Source: the human T2T-CHM13v2.0 reference genome, Homo sapiens. From it: a stretch of DNA of 64,000 bases. Where the stretch lies: assembly GCF_009914755.1 (NCBI RefSeq), contig NC_060926.1; one strand, 5' to 3'. Made by a program: the position numbers and the translations under genes. Of this stretch, positions 17,202 to 31,916 are shown one piece after another. The stretch's first letter is position 1. Every line of letters begins with the position of its first letter. The notes beneath the pieces are model-generated. The model made no database searches, had not been told where the DNA came from, and saw only the letters and a program-made list of their open reading frames with translations.

Positions 17202-17851
17202 TTAATTGTCTACAACTTCCCAACTCTGTTTCAATAAAATTAGCACAGAGTGTACCGTTTTGCAAATATTGCTAATATTTTTTTCTTAGTGCTTTATTAG
17301 TGATTACTTATAACAATATATTTAGTTGCCTTGAGACAATATGACAGATAATATTCTATGGCAGCTTTCTCAGCAGCTATGAATCTTCTTATAATATGGC
17401 AGTGGAAAATAAAATGAGCCTATAAAACTCATCACTGGTTTGAGCTCTTTAGAAAACAGACAGCATGTAAAGTGTTAATAAATACAGTATGAAATATACC
17501 AGTTCATCTCAGCTTAATATCTCAGCATTAACAATAAATTATTTTTATAATTTGAAAGAAGGTGTATATTGCTGTAATTTAGGGAAACAGATTTGAAAGA
17601 ACACAAGGGTTTAAAGTATTAGACTTTATTTCAGTTCACATTACCATTTCTGTCTGCATTCAAATCGTAAGTCAGAAAAAGTACTGTTCAATGGTATTTA
17701 TTATTAAAAGCTGCTGCATTTTTTCAAAAATAGTAGTGAAATTAATCTATTATAAAGTCTTCATCTCTCAATCTGCTAAAAGTCCTATGAACTATGTAGT
17801 TTAACTGTATTACCATAAACCTGTTTAAATTTTAAAATAAAAGATAAACAA

Positions 17852-18193
<342 letters not shown>

Positions 18194-18243
18194 TTATGAC
18201 AGCTGAAAACACACAGTAAGCAACATATTAAAGTTGCATATTA

Positions 18244-18568
<325 letters not shown>

Positions 18569-18958
18569 TTATCTTAAATGTACTCTTACCAATGAAAAAA
18601 ACTATTTTGGGACAGATCTTTTACAAATTATCTAATATTAATGTAAATAACATACATCAATTTTCCTTCTTCCCCTGGTACAAACAGATAAGACCTGAAA
18701 ACACTGGACTTTTTCTATTAAGATTTTGATCAACCTTTAACTAAAAATTATTTCAAAAAAAAGTTTAAAAATTGTCATATGCCTCTGAAGATCAATTATT
18801 ATACTTGAATAAAGGTAAAAGAAGAAGTTTTGATTAGAAGAGTGACATGAGAAGGCATCTTGAGCTGAATAAGGTCTCATCCAAATGAGTAAGTTCTGGG
18901 ATCTGTGTGTTCAATCACTGCTCTTTCCTTCCCATTGCTCCTGACATTGGCAGACTTG

Positions 18959-18984
18959 GTGTGTGCGGGGTGTGTGTGTGTGGT

Positions 18985-19047
<63 letters not shown>

Positions 19048-19113
19048 AGCGCAAGAGCAAGAGTGCGAGGTCGTGGGGGGGTGCGGGGGGGCGGGCAAGA
19101 TGGAGAGGGAGGG
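18959..19113. repeat. Compound (GT)n(GA)n microsatellite followed by G-tracts
   Basis: Direct read. Confidence 0.9.
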
Positions 19114-20579
19114 AGAAGAGAGGAAGAAATAAACACTAAAAGAGAAAGCAAGAGCTCCTCTGTCTGGAGAGACCTAGGAACAGCAGATCTTCCCCTACCC
19201 ACTCCAATCCCCACCAACCTGTCCCGCCCCTGCAAGAAAGGGGCTTGTGGCTCTCCAGAGAACTGCAGAGCCATGTGTCTGGAAAATTCAGGATGACAAG
19301 CCTTTAAGTATTCTGCAAGTGTCCCTACTGTATAGCGATGTCTGTTGCCCCCTTTCTTTTTACCACTGTATTATTAATCCATCTTGTTCCTTTTCTTGTT
19401 CTTTTGAAATAATCTATCCTTTTAACTTCAACTAAAAAAAATGAACCGACACGCCCAGAGAAGCATTTCTCTTCCCAGGAATATACAATAACTTTAAAAT
19501 ATCTAGTCAACTTTTAAACATTATGATAAAAGAAACATGAATTGCATTTTCATGGCTCTCATCTTTAATTACATATGCTGTACACATATATAATGACATC
19601 TTTATAACATCCAAATTTGAGATACAAATCTCAGAATAGTAATAAATACCATCCAAAGACTTAAGAGGCAAAATCATCTTATAGGAACAACTTACAGGAG
19701 TAGTAAAGTCAATTTCATCAAAACATTTTTTTCAGAATTAAATATTATAATAAGCAATAAGTGAAATGTCATATAAACCACTGACTGCATCTTTTAAAAG
19801 GGTCATGGTTTAATATATTCCATTCTGTAAAACAATCATTAGGGTGAGCTTTTTGGTCTACTACTTAGTGACATCTATTCAGCAACCTTCAAAACACAAG
19901 CTAGTTTTTAAGTGGAGGACTAATATGTAAACGTCCTATGAACTTGGCTAACCCACCAGGGTCTGAAAGGGAGACCTGAACAAAGAAAGGCTTCCCTTCA
20001 CCAATTCCTTGCTAACAGCCTAGAAAAGTCTAAAAGAAGAGAGAACAGCTCTCAGAGCAGAAGAACCCATCATTTTTCCTACCTTTAGCATGGTCCCCCC
20101 AGAAGGTTTCTGTTTCCAGTTGACTACTGGACACATGACAACATTAAAGGGGCCAGAAAATCAACCTGGATTATAACAAGCCCTGTGTTTATAGATACTG
20201 TTTAGTGTCCCTTCTCCTCTGGTTTGAAAGTTAAAAGAAGGATAAAGAGGTTTTTATAAAATATAACAGTATAAATGTAACTGTAATTTCACAGGAAACT
20301 TTTGGGAAAAGATAAGCTAGCAAAAGGAACCAATTCCAGAGTAAGTGATATACCTGCCCTTGACATGAAACAATACTGCAGGAATACATGTATTTTTTCT
20401 GTTAAAGCCTGAAAATGAGATAATTAGTTAACAAAAACAATATATAAGAGATCTGGAAATGTTAACTGTTGATAACTTGATTAAAGTATTATAAAGCAAT
20501 AGAATAACTTTAAAAATGCTTTATATTTCTACCCTGGAAATTGTTAAGCTACAGGAATACCATGGTTTAGGGGAGCTAT

Positions 20580-21340
20580 TTTATTCATTTAACAAATATT
20601 TTCAAGTACCTGCTATGTGTGAAGCACTGTGCTAAGTTTAAGCACTGCGAGGAATACAGAAATGAAAAAGAAATGAATCTTACTTTAGAGAAACTGTCAG
20701 TCTAGAAAAGATGACAAAAATAAGATACATAACTATTACGAAAGAAATGCATTCACAAATGTCATGAGAGATTCACAGAAAAAATGATACAGAATTCAGA
20801 ACATGAAGGGACTCCTTCTGATGGGTGACAGAGGGCAGAGGAAGAGGTTGCAGAACTCAAAGGAAAGGCAGAGCCACAGAAAGAAAGAAGTATGAAAGCC
20901 ATGCAAAGACCAGTCTGCAAGTTAGCAGCTGGTTGGGTATCAGAGGCAAAGAAAGAGAGGATGGAAGAATAAACACAAAGAATGTGGGGCTGGAACATGT
21001 GGCGTCTGAAGTGTCTATAGGAAATCCAGATAGAGCTGTGGAGTGTATGGAAGGGCAGGCTGGAGATAGATAAAAGACTTGGGAATCATTCACACGGTGT
21101 TCACTGTTGAAACCTACATGCTTCCAAAAGAGAAAAGAAGGTCAGTTCTTGAAAAGCACTGACATAGAGGGGATCAAACAGAACAAACTGAAGCATAGGA
21201 AAGGGAGGAAAAGGAATAGCGGCAGAAAACAATGTCTCAAAAGACGAGAGAAAAAAGTTTTAAGAAGAAAGATGTAATCAAAAACATCAAATAGTGCAGA
21301 AAGAACAAATATTCAAACAAGCCACTGGATACTGGCTCCT
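20580..21340 (-). mobile_element. L2 fragments
   Basis: attcatttaacaaatattttcaagtacctgctatgtgtgaagcactgtgctaag plus purine-rich L2 body. Confidence 0.6.
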
Positions 21341-21391
21341 AATGGATAAAGCACTTCCAGTTGATCAGAAGCAAATATAAGATGACACTTG

Positions 21392-22163
21392 TGACAAGAT
21401 GCTCTCCTTGACCAAACTTTAGTCAGGCTTCTCCTAGGCCCTCTTCTCAACCAGGCCTCCACCTTGGCCCACGCCCCACCAGGCCTGCATAGCCCAGTTT
21501 TACCAAGAAGCCTGCTAAGTCAGTTGAGAGAGAATCCCTCTACTTTTGATATCTAATCACTTTTTTTTTTTTTAAGAGACAGAGTCTGACTCTGTCACCC
21601 AGGCTGGAGTGCTCACCGAAGCCTGGGCTCTAACACCTGGGCTCAAGCAATCCTCCAGGCTCAGCCTCCCCAAATAGCTGGAACTACAAGTGTGTGCCAC
21701 CATGCCAGCTATTTTTTTATTTTTTGTAAAGATGAGAGTCTCACTACATTGCTCAGGCTGCTCTTGAATTCCTGGCCTCAAGCAATCCTTCAGCTTCAGC
21801 CTCCCAAACTGCTGCGATTACAGGCATGAGCCACCACACCTGGCTCCAATCACTTGCTAGCTAATGGAATTCCTCAACCCCCTACCCTTGTTATATGATC
21901 ACACTGACATGCCCTCAGTAAGAATCCTGTTATGTCAGTTTAGCAATAATTCCCCCACCCTTGATGTCTCCTCTTAGTAACTGTCCATCCACCACCCCCA
22001 CAACCTGCTTCATGGTTATAAATTCCTGCTTGTTCATGTTATATTCGGAATTGAGTCCAATCTCTCTCCCCTATCACAATAGTCTGGACAACCTATCATG
22101 ATTATCTTAAATACAATCTTCTTTGCTGCTTTAACAAGCGTTAGAATAAGTTTTTCTTTAACA
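21392..22163 (+). mobile_element. Solo ERV1 LTR (MER31-like), split by AluJ
   Basis: TG...CA termini (tgacaaga...ctttaaca), 4-bp TSD cttg/gttg, ctccttgaccaaactttagtcaggc. Confidence 0.7.
21561..21845 (-). mobile_element. AluJ
   Basis: Divergent Alu, TSD aatcactt. Confidence 0.85.
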
Positions 22164-23184
22164 GTTGTCAATCTCTCCTTTTTCACTAGAGATGAATGAC
22201 ATTCACAAACACCTAAAAACTAATTATTATCTGTGGCACCGTGGCTGGGAAGAGATGAAAACAGACATGTAGAAAGTGGAAGGGGAGCATACAGAGACTT
22301 CTCTTTCAATAAGTCCTTGGTAATGGGAGGAGCACCAAAAAAACACATGACAGTGCTTGAGAGGGTACCAAAACTAAAAAAAAAAAAAAGAAAGAAAAAG
22401 GCTTTACCATATGGAATGGCAAATCACAGCTACAATCAGAGGGAAACAACCCAAAGGAGAGGAAGAACCTAATGACACAAGACAGAGAAAAACAAATTCC
22501 CATGATTATTGTTTCAATCTTCTTGCACTGAATCTTTTTGTAAATTGCCTCAAATTCTTCCTAGAAAAACAAGAGGCATTAATAAATAACAGAAATAAAA
22601 GGTTTTTTAATCCATTTAAAAATGTTAATGTTTAAACTGCTGTTTATATCTGCTCTTCTCACAACCATCTAAAAACTAATAGGAAGGTTCCTGTAGCAGA
22701 CAAATTAATGAAAGATTATGTTGTTTTTATTTTCAGACCTCGAAAAGGTTAAATTAGCCATTTTCATACTGAATTCCTATTCAGTTTGATTATGTTCCCT
22801 ACTGTGAGGGTAAAACATGAACAAACCAAGCTAATTTATGTACAATCCCTTTGTACCACTGAAATGAAAATGAACAATAGTTTAATGAAGTGGAATTTGT
22901 TATCTAATTATGCCAAATAATTTAGAAACATCTGCTGGTGGTTAGTAATATTAGAGTTAAACCTCACAGAATTTGATCCAGAGAGATTTCTATTTTATTC
23001 GAGCTTTTGTGAGCTTACAGTTGGGGAATCCATATTAGAATATAGAACCAAGGGATGACAGAATGACACATTTACTAAATTTTTAAAAATGCACAGAAAA
23101 TGACGAAAGGAAAACAGGGAGTCCATGTCATATGGATCTGGGCCTTACAGTCAACTCCCAAATTTAATAAATACAGTAGACTCC

Positions 23185-23680
23185 ATAACATCCAACATTT
23201 ATTGAGTAGCTGGTATGCAGCAGACACTGTGGCGGTTGTTAAATATACAAAGAAAAAAACCTATAGCTTTCCCATTAGGGAACTTCATCCAATGGGGGGA
23301 CACGAGACTATAAACTATTACGTCACCACACAATAAGTGCTAGGGCAGAGATGGGTAGTATAGGGCACTCTGGATGCAGAAAAGGGGTAACGCACAAAGG
23401 AAGGCCAGGTAGAAGAGACGATTATTCAAGCTGAGTTTTGCAAGATGTGTAGAGGTGAGGGCAAAGAAGGGATAGGGACATGATGGTGCCAAAGGCTCAT
23501 TAAGTAAAATTTTTTCTGGAAAGTAGCCCAGCATGGCTGAAGCACAGTCTCTAAGTGGGAGACAGTGAGAGATGAAGTCAGACAGGTCAAGGGTCCTATC
23601 TTGATAGTCTTATATACAAGCTAGGGAATTTGGACTTAATGGTGACAAGGAACCACTGGACGATTTTAAGGAGGGAAGTA
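23185..23680 (-). mobile_element. L2
   Basis: catccaacatttattgagtagct...gaatttggacttaat...gaaccactggacgattttaag. Confidence 0.65.
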
Positions 23681-23972
23681 AATTGTAAACTAACCAATTT
23701 CTAAGAGGCAGGTTTAAGTTTCCGATTACAGACTCTCATATAATAAGCAAGGAAAATGTGAAATAATAAAGGAAGAAAAAACATAAAAGTAAATGTTTAG
23801 ATTGATTGAAGGTTATTCACAAGGTACATGTATACAGTGACAGTATTGTTATATGTTTATTCTTTCTTTCTTCATTTATTTGCTTAGATTGAGTACCTAT
23901 TATGTGCCAAACATTGAGTTTACAGTCCTTGATAAATTTTAAGCGTTATGAGGGCAGGGATGTAACTGATTA

Positions 23973-24887
23973 CAGAAATCCTTATCCAAGGTTTCACTTT
24001 TCATGGTTTCAATTACGCACAGTCAACTGCAATCTGAAAAAATTAAATGAACAACTCCAGAAAATAAGCAATTCACAAGTTTTTAAGTTGCATGCTATTC
24101 TGAGCAGCATGATGAAATCTTACACTACACAGCTCCATCCCACCAAGCAGTGGTCCCCAACCTTTTTGGCACCAGTGACCGGTTCTGGTTTCATGGAAGA
24201 CAATTTTTCCATGGACGGTGGGGGGATGGGGGCATGCAAAGGGAATGTTTTGGGATGCAACTGCTCCACCTCAGATCAACAGGCATTAGATTGTCATAAG
24301 GAGTGTGCAACCCAGATCCCTCACATGAGCAGTTCACAATACGGTTCACGCTCCTATGAGAATCTAATGCCATTGCTGATCTGACAGGGGGTGGAGCGCA
24401 GGTGTTAATGCTCTCTTGTCTGCTGCTCACCTGCTGTGTGGCCCAGTTCCTAAAAGGCCACCAACCAGCACAAGTCCATGGCTTGGGGGTTGGGGACACC
24501 TGCTGCCAAGAATGTAATTCCTTTGTCCAGCATATCCATGCTGTAGACACTACCTAGTAAGTCACTTAGTAGCCACTTAAAGTGCTTGTAAGTCACTTAG
24601 TAGCCATTTTAGCAGTATCACAGTGCTTATGTTCAAATAACCCTTATTTTACTTAACAGTGGCCCCAAAGTACAAGAGTAGCAATGCTGGCATACTATTA
24701 TAATTGTTCTATTTTATTATTAGTTACTGTTAATCTCTTACTGTACCTAATTTATAAATTAAAATTTTGCCATCGCTATGTTTGTATAGGAAAAAACATA
24801 GTAGATAATAGGGTTCTGTACTATCCAGTTTCAGGCATCCACTGAGGCTCTTGGAATGTATCCGCTGAGGATAAGGGGAGACTACTG
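23973..24887 (+). mobile_element. MER44B/Tigger7-type Tc1/mariner element with nested MER1B
   Basis: TA-flanked termini cag..ccttatcc / ggataaggggagactactg. Confidence 0.8.
24148..24502 (+). mobile_element. MER1B-like hAT element
   Basis: TIRs cagtggtccccaacc / ggttggggacacctg; 8-bp TSD ccaccaag/ctgccaag. Confidence 0.85.
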
Positions 24888-25419
24888 TATAGTCTGGGTT
24901 ACCTCCCAAAGGAGAAGCAAACATTGCCTGTTGAACAGGGTATTGTTTACATTTTCAGAGAGTAACAGAAAGTGTCATAGTGGCCAGCACTATCACAGAA
25001 ACCTACTTGATCTTCACTGTAAGCCCCCTGAACCAGGTCTGCAATGGCACATGGCACTTATTCAGCCACACACACAAAGTAGAAATATTACAAAACCACT
25101 TTTTCAAGTGGGTCAACAGACTTGTTAAATGGAGAAATTGTTCTGGTATCTTCAATCTTTGTTAATATTTACAATAACGATATAGGTGACAATATTAGCT
25201 ACTATGTATCTTCAACCACTATACTAAGAACCTTATAAAATAATCTCATTTATTCCTGCACAGATGGGATAAGGGAACAGCCCCTGATTACCTGTAAAGA
25301 AATTGACACTAGAACATATAGCTGATCCTTGGCAGAGAAAGGAGTAAACATAGCTCCCTTACCACCAAATCCAAGCTCTTTCCACTACACTACATGCTAC
25401 GAAAGTACCATCCTCCATG

Positions 25420-25905
25420 ACATCCCATCTCACTCAGTAAAATCTCAAGTCCTTACCAGGCCATGGGAGATACACCCCAGTACTCTCTATCCCCCAGCTG
25501 CCCTCTCTCCTCTCTCTCCTCAACTCCTCCAGCTTTCCCCTTGCTGACTCCACTCCAGCCATGCTGGCCCTTCTGTTCCTCAAAACTGCCCAGCACATCC
25601 TTGCTTCAAAGCCTGCTCCATGAGGCAATTTCCCCATTTCATATGATGGGTTTCTCACTTCCTTCAAGTCTGCTCAAAATTCACCTGTCTGTGAGGCCTA
25701 CCCCCTCTCCCCCGACATTGTGAGACAGGTAACCCCTTACCCCTCACTCTCCTCTATTTTTCTTCAAAGCATTTGCCACCTGGCACATTATACATGTTTT
25801 ATTGTCTGTCTCCCTCCACTGCAAATATAAATTCCTTGATGGCAGGAACAAATACATACTTCGCACATATTAGGCACTCACTAAATATTCATCAGATAGA
25901 TGGGT
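25420..25905 (+). mobile_element. L2 3' region
   Basis: cactccagccatgctggccc...taggcactcactaaatattcat. Confidence 0.65.
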
Positions 25906-26505
25906 AAACAAATCACAAAATAGGAAAAGCCTCAAAGCTACTCCTTGGCAAAATTATAGAACAGTACTCATCTAGTTTCTACACCCTTCTCTCACTTAAC
26001 GGTATCATCCATTCCTTCCCCAGACCTCGAACGTCCTCTGCTTTTTCACACACTTTTGCTTATGACATCACCTCTTACAAGCCTTCTTAGTAAAGCCCCA
26101 CCCTCTAAAACTTCTACTTTCTTTTCTCTTACAGTATAATTGCCTCAATCAAAATGCCTGCCCTATGTTTTTACTACTTTAAGACTGTTCATCCATAAGC
26201 TGAAATAATCTTTTCATGCTAAAAGAATGTACTTATCTATGCTCAGCATGTAATTCCTCATAGGTAACATGCTAAAAATCATGTTTAATAGTGTAAATTT
26301 CACTTACATGGGAGGTCTGCAGGAAAAAATATTTCAGTCAAACAGATGTTTCCATTTTCCTCAAATGGACATCCACACCACTCACCTGCTGCCTGTCAAA
26401 CCTAGCACCAACTACTTCAAAACCTAAAATCATCTTTACCAGAGTAACTTCACAGCCATTAAAGAACAGAAAACAATGGCAAAGTTCTATATAAAAGATA
26501 CAAAA

Positions 26506-27106
<601 letters not shown>

Positions 27107-27644
27107 TTAAGAGCTGAAGATTATGACAGAAATGGGAAAAATCAGGAAGAATTTGCAGTTTAAAAAGCCTCAGACTCATTCAGTTTTGAAATGTCAAGTC
27201 TGTGGTCACAAAAATCTATTCAAGGAGAGATATGTCTGACATATCCTTGTGCTTGCCTTACTCCACGGAACATATGCAATCCAAAGGAATCGAAAGGTCA
27301 GAGTCAGAGTGGAAAGAGAAAGGAAACACTTTCAGCGCTGCTGGATAAAAAACAATGAGGTGGCTCTATGCCAGGCCACTGAGCAGCTGGTGACATGCTG
27401 GCCTGACTCATCTTCCCTTCTCCCACATTCTCTCAACTGTGGGTATTGGCTCTTTCCAAGAAGTGCTTACTTTTCTAAATTTAAAACAGGTAGGAACATT
27501 TTTACCTATCAATTTTTAATTTTATTTTTTGTTCTTTGAGGAAGAAAAGTAAAAAAAAATCTAAAAATGTAAAAAGCTCTTAAAGGTTCTTGGATATAAA
27601 ACCATTCTTTTCTTCTATCTAATCTTTGTTTTTAAAGCTCAGGT

Positions 27645-27750
27645 GGTTTTTTAAATTAATATATCTCAGCTTTACTGACATAAATTCCCATACCATAAAA
27701 CTCACCCTTTCAAAGTGTACAATGTAGTGGTTTTTAGTGTATTCACAAAG
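27645..27750 (-). mobile_element. L1MB-like 3' fragment
   Basis: cagctttactgacataaattcccataccataaaactcacccttttcaaagtgtacaat. Confidence 0.6.
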
Positions 27751-28860
27751 TATCTATTCTTTTAAAAATAAGCAGCCAAATTAGGAATGTATATTTATAA
27801 CTTTATTTTGTCAGGCTTTTTTTTCTATTCAATATGACTTTTCAATGTAAATATGGTCATACTGTACCCTGTTTCCTTAGTTTTGTCCTATCCTATTTTT
27901 AAGGATAGTAGGATTATATTAATTAAAAAAAATCAAAGTTCATAGAAATTATTTTCTATGTAAGAATAACTAATGGCTGGTAATTTGGTTACAAGGCCAG
28001 GCTCAAGGACTTGCCTTGAATTGAGTTTGCACAGAAAGTTCTGTGATTTCATTTAGTTTACATATTTCAGATAAATAAAGTCTTCTAAAGATGCTGTAAT
28101 TGATGCTTTCTATAAGACTGAGAAAACATCAATTGCCCATAGCAAAGGACCTCATCTTTATCAGAGGGACTTGGAGAAACGCTACACCCTCACCAGCCCC
28201 AGCAAGGTACTCTTTGTCATGGCTGCTCTCAAGATAGTAAATTCCTAGGTTAAAACAATCTTATGAAAAACCTATAACTTATTATACTAATGTCATTCCT
28301 TTAAAACTATTATTATAACATATAAAGCATGACCAAACAGTATTTTTCTGCCTCACTATTTTATGATTGCTTTAAATTAGTATAAAACATGTATTCTCAA
28401 TGAGTTGAGGAGATGGAGAGTTGGGGTAAAAAAAAGTACTGTATTTACGTTATGCAGAAAGCAGATATATCTACAGTACATAAACAGATACATAGTATAT
28501 CTCTGGTATTAAATTTTCATGGGGAGAACAATTAGAAAACAGGCCTAAAAGGCCGGGAGAGGGAGGATTTTTTAAAAGGTTGAGAAAAAGTAATCTAAAA
28601 GAAACTAAAATCTTTATTGACAAATATGTCAAATTTGTATAATTATACATATCACTGTCTTCTATGTTCAAAAATTAGGCTGCTTATAGGATGGTTACCT
28701 GCAGAGACAGATGTGACTCAAAAGACTGCAGTGCCAACATTCCTCTACAGTGTACACAGATGGTGACTATCAGAGTTATAACAACTATAATTATTTTATT
28801 GTTCTTACATAGTACCAGCTCTCCACACATTAAAAGACAAACTTTAAAGCTAAAATATTA

Positions 28861-29654
<794 letters not shown>

Positions 29655-29659
29655 GGGTT

Positions 29660-29840
29660 TTCTTATTTTTACTCTTTTAGAGACAGGGTCTTGCTGTGTT
29701 GTCCAGACTGGAGTGCAGTGGCTATTCACAGGCACAATCATAGTGCAACTACAGTCTTGAACTTCTGAACTCAAGCAGTTCTCTTGCCTCAACCTCCTGA
29801 GTAGCAGGGACTACAGGCACATTGCCACCATGTCTGACTA
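29660..29840 (-). mobile_element. FAM (fossil Alu monomer)
   Basis: Contains 7SL-like gtggctattcacaggcacaatcatagtgc, which dimeric Alus lack. Confidence 0.75.
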
Positions 29841-31764
29841 AAATATTAAGTTTTGACACCAGTACAAGAAGGAACATGGACAAAAATTTAAATAAGGATG
29901 ATGATTTAAATGACAGCTGAAAAGAATATATTCTGAAAAAGGCAGATGAGCTCACACCACTGGGCCAGCCTCTTGTATTCTTTGGACAACTGAAAAATAA
30001 AAATGTCAGCAGAGAGTATAGTCAAGTGGGAACTTCCTATAAAATTAGCTTTCAGTCAAATATGAAAATCTTCAATTGACTTGTCTTTTAAAAAATACAT
30101 TTTAATTTCAGGACATTCCTATGGGAAATCAGAAAATTTCCTAACTACATCACAAAGAATATGCCATTGCTATTTAATTGCTCCAAAAGATGTCCATAGG
30201 TAGGTGTGTCAGGTTAGTGACAGATGCTGAATAAAGTGAGATAATGAAAAGGTTTCCATGGCAGAAGGGTCTGAGGAAAGATGGTACAAAATTATAGCAA
30301 AATCATAAGCATTATTAGAAGTGATCTATGGTAGTAAGATGGTGACTAAATGGTAACAAGAATAAGGGGCAAGGAGGGTGAGCAGCAACGCCAGAGGTGA
30401 CTCTACCCAGATAGAGGACCATTATTCAAGGTTCAGCCAGCCCAGCCGACGGTAACTGAGTTCCCAATCGCATCAGTTGGTCTGGGCTATAAACCACAGC
30501 CCCATTAAGCTATAAATGACAGAGATTCCTGCCAAGGCAAGAGCTGGCAGAATGCTTATTCACCCAGCTCTGCCAACTAAGGCTCTATTGGTGTGGCCAA
30601 TCAGGACATTTTGTCAGGTACACCAGCCACAAATTCCCATATTCAAGGATCTGAGACTTTCCTTTTATCCCAGTAATTACTAGAAAACATGTGCTCTCTA
30701 CTAAGGAAGTTCTCACAAAGCCTATACGGAATTAGTTAATAGTTAAGTGCCACTCACTATACGGAATTAGGTAATTAGTGAATTAGGTGCATTCGCTATA
30801 GTTCTAGAAAAGACTCTGAAGTGCCACTAGAGGACCATGTCTCTTGTACGCTGTGACAGATGTTTGCTGAAAAAATGAGCAAGGTGAGCGAGCAGAGTCT
30901 GTAATACATTTGGATAATTTTTGAAATTGGGGGATTTAAAAACTATATCGAAGCTGATAATGAGATGTGAGTTCATTTGAAAGGAGAAGAAAAACGGGTG
31001 CAAATTCTTAAGCTTTCAAAAATGCACATTTTCAATTCCCAAATGAGACTGTAAAATCTTTCAAGATTGGGGTCTGGTTCTTCTATCCCAAAATAAAACT
31101 AATATGCATTAAAAATATGTTAAGCAGCAAAGGTGATTAACAGTGAGGATGAGAGATAAAACAGTCTTAACTATTCAGCTTAATTTAACAAGTATTCGAG
31201 TTCCTATAATATACTTAACAGGTGAAAAAAATTAAATGTATGCAAATACAAAATCAGGTAATGTTAGAGGCTCCACTTTTTAAAACTAAGTCACCAACTC
31301 CCTATAAAAAGAACATTTCTTAAATTTATAAAAAGCCTGAATGGAAAGAAAATGTAAAACACAAAGCAAATAACTAGTCTAGACTCTACTGCTGGACTGC
31401 ACTAACTAATCAACCAAGATACAAAAGATAGGGCCCTGGCAGTCGTTACTCTGGGGAGCCTCAGGTATAAACTCTGCTGAGCTCTGACAAATCCTGTTGA
31501 TCTGGTTAGGTCCCTGCCTCTAACTCTTTTCACTACCATCTCACAGAACTTTATTGCTCCATTGCTCTTCTGTTCTAAGTTGGTCATTAAGAGTAAATAT
31601 GAAGGGACATGAGGCACTTCTGACTAAGACCAACTAGTTAAAGGTAGTAAAATCTAAAATAAAATCCATTTCTTCTAACCCTTAGGTACATCTCTCAACA
31701 TACACAAAAAGCTATTTTGTATTGGGCGAGTTTGACCCAATCTCCTAGCATTTATCTTGAATAC

Positions 31765-31916
31765 AACAGTTCTCAAACTTGAGTGAGCATAAGAATCACA
31801 AAGGGAGTCACTTTAAAATCCCCTTCCCCCATGTCTTTGGGCAAAAGAATCTACATTTTTAATAGACATCCCAGATGACTGATGAGTGGTGTACAACCAC
31901 TTTTAAAAACAGCTGC
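31765..31916. mobile_element. MER5-like hAT MITE
   Basis: cagttctcaaacttgagtgagcataagaatcac...tacatttttaat. Confidence 0.55.

Noticed and set aside
23902-24550. 160-aa and 119-aa ORFs
   Set aside because: They lie across MER44/MER1B non-autonomous DNA transposon sequence and are chance open frames.
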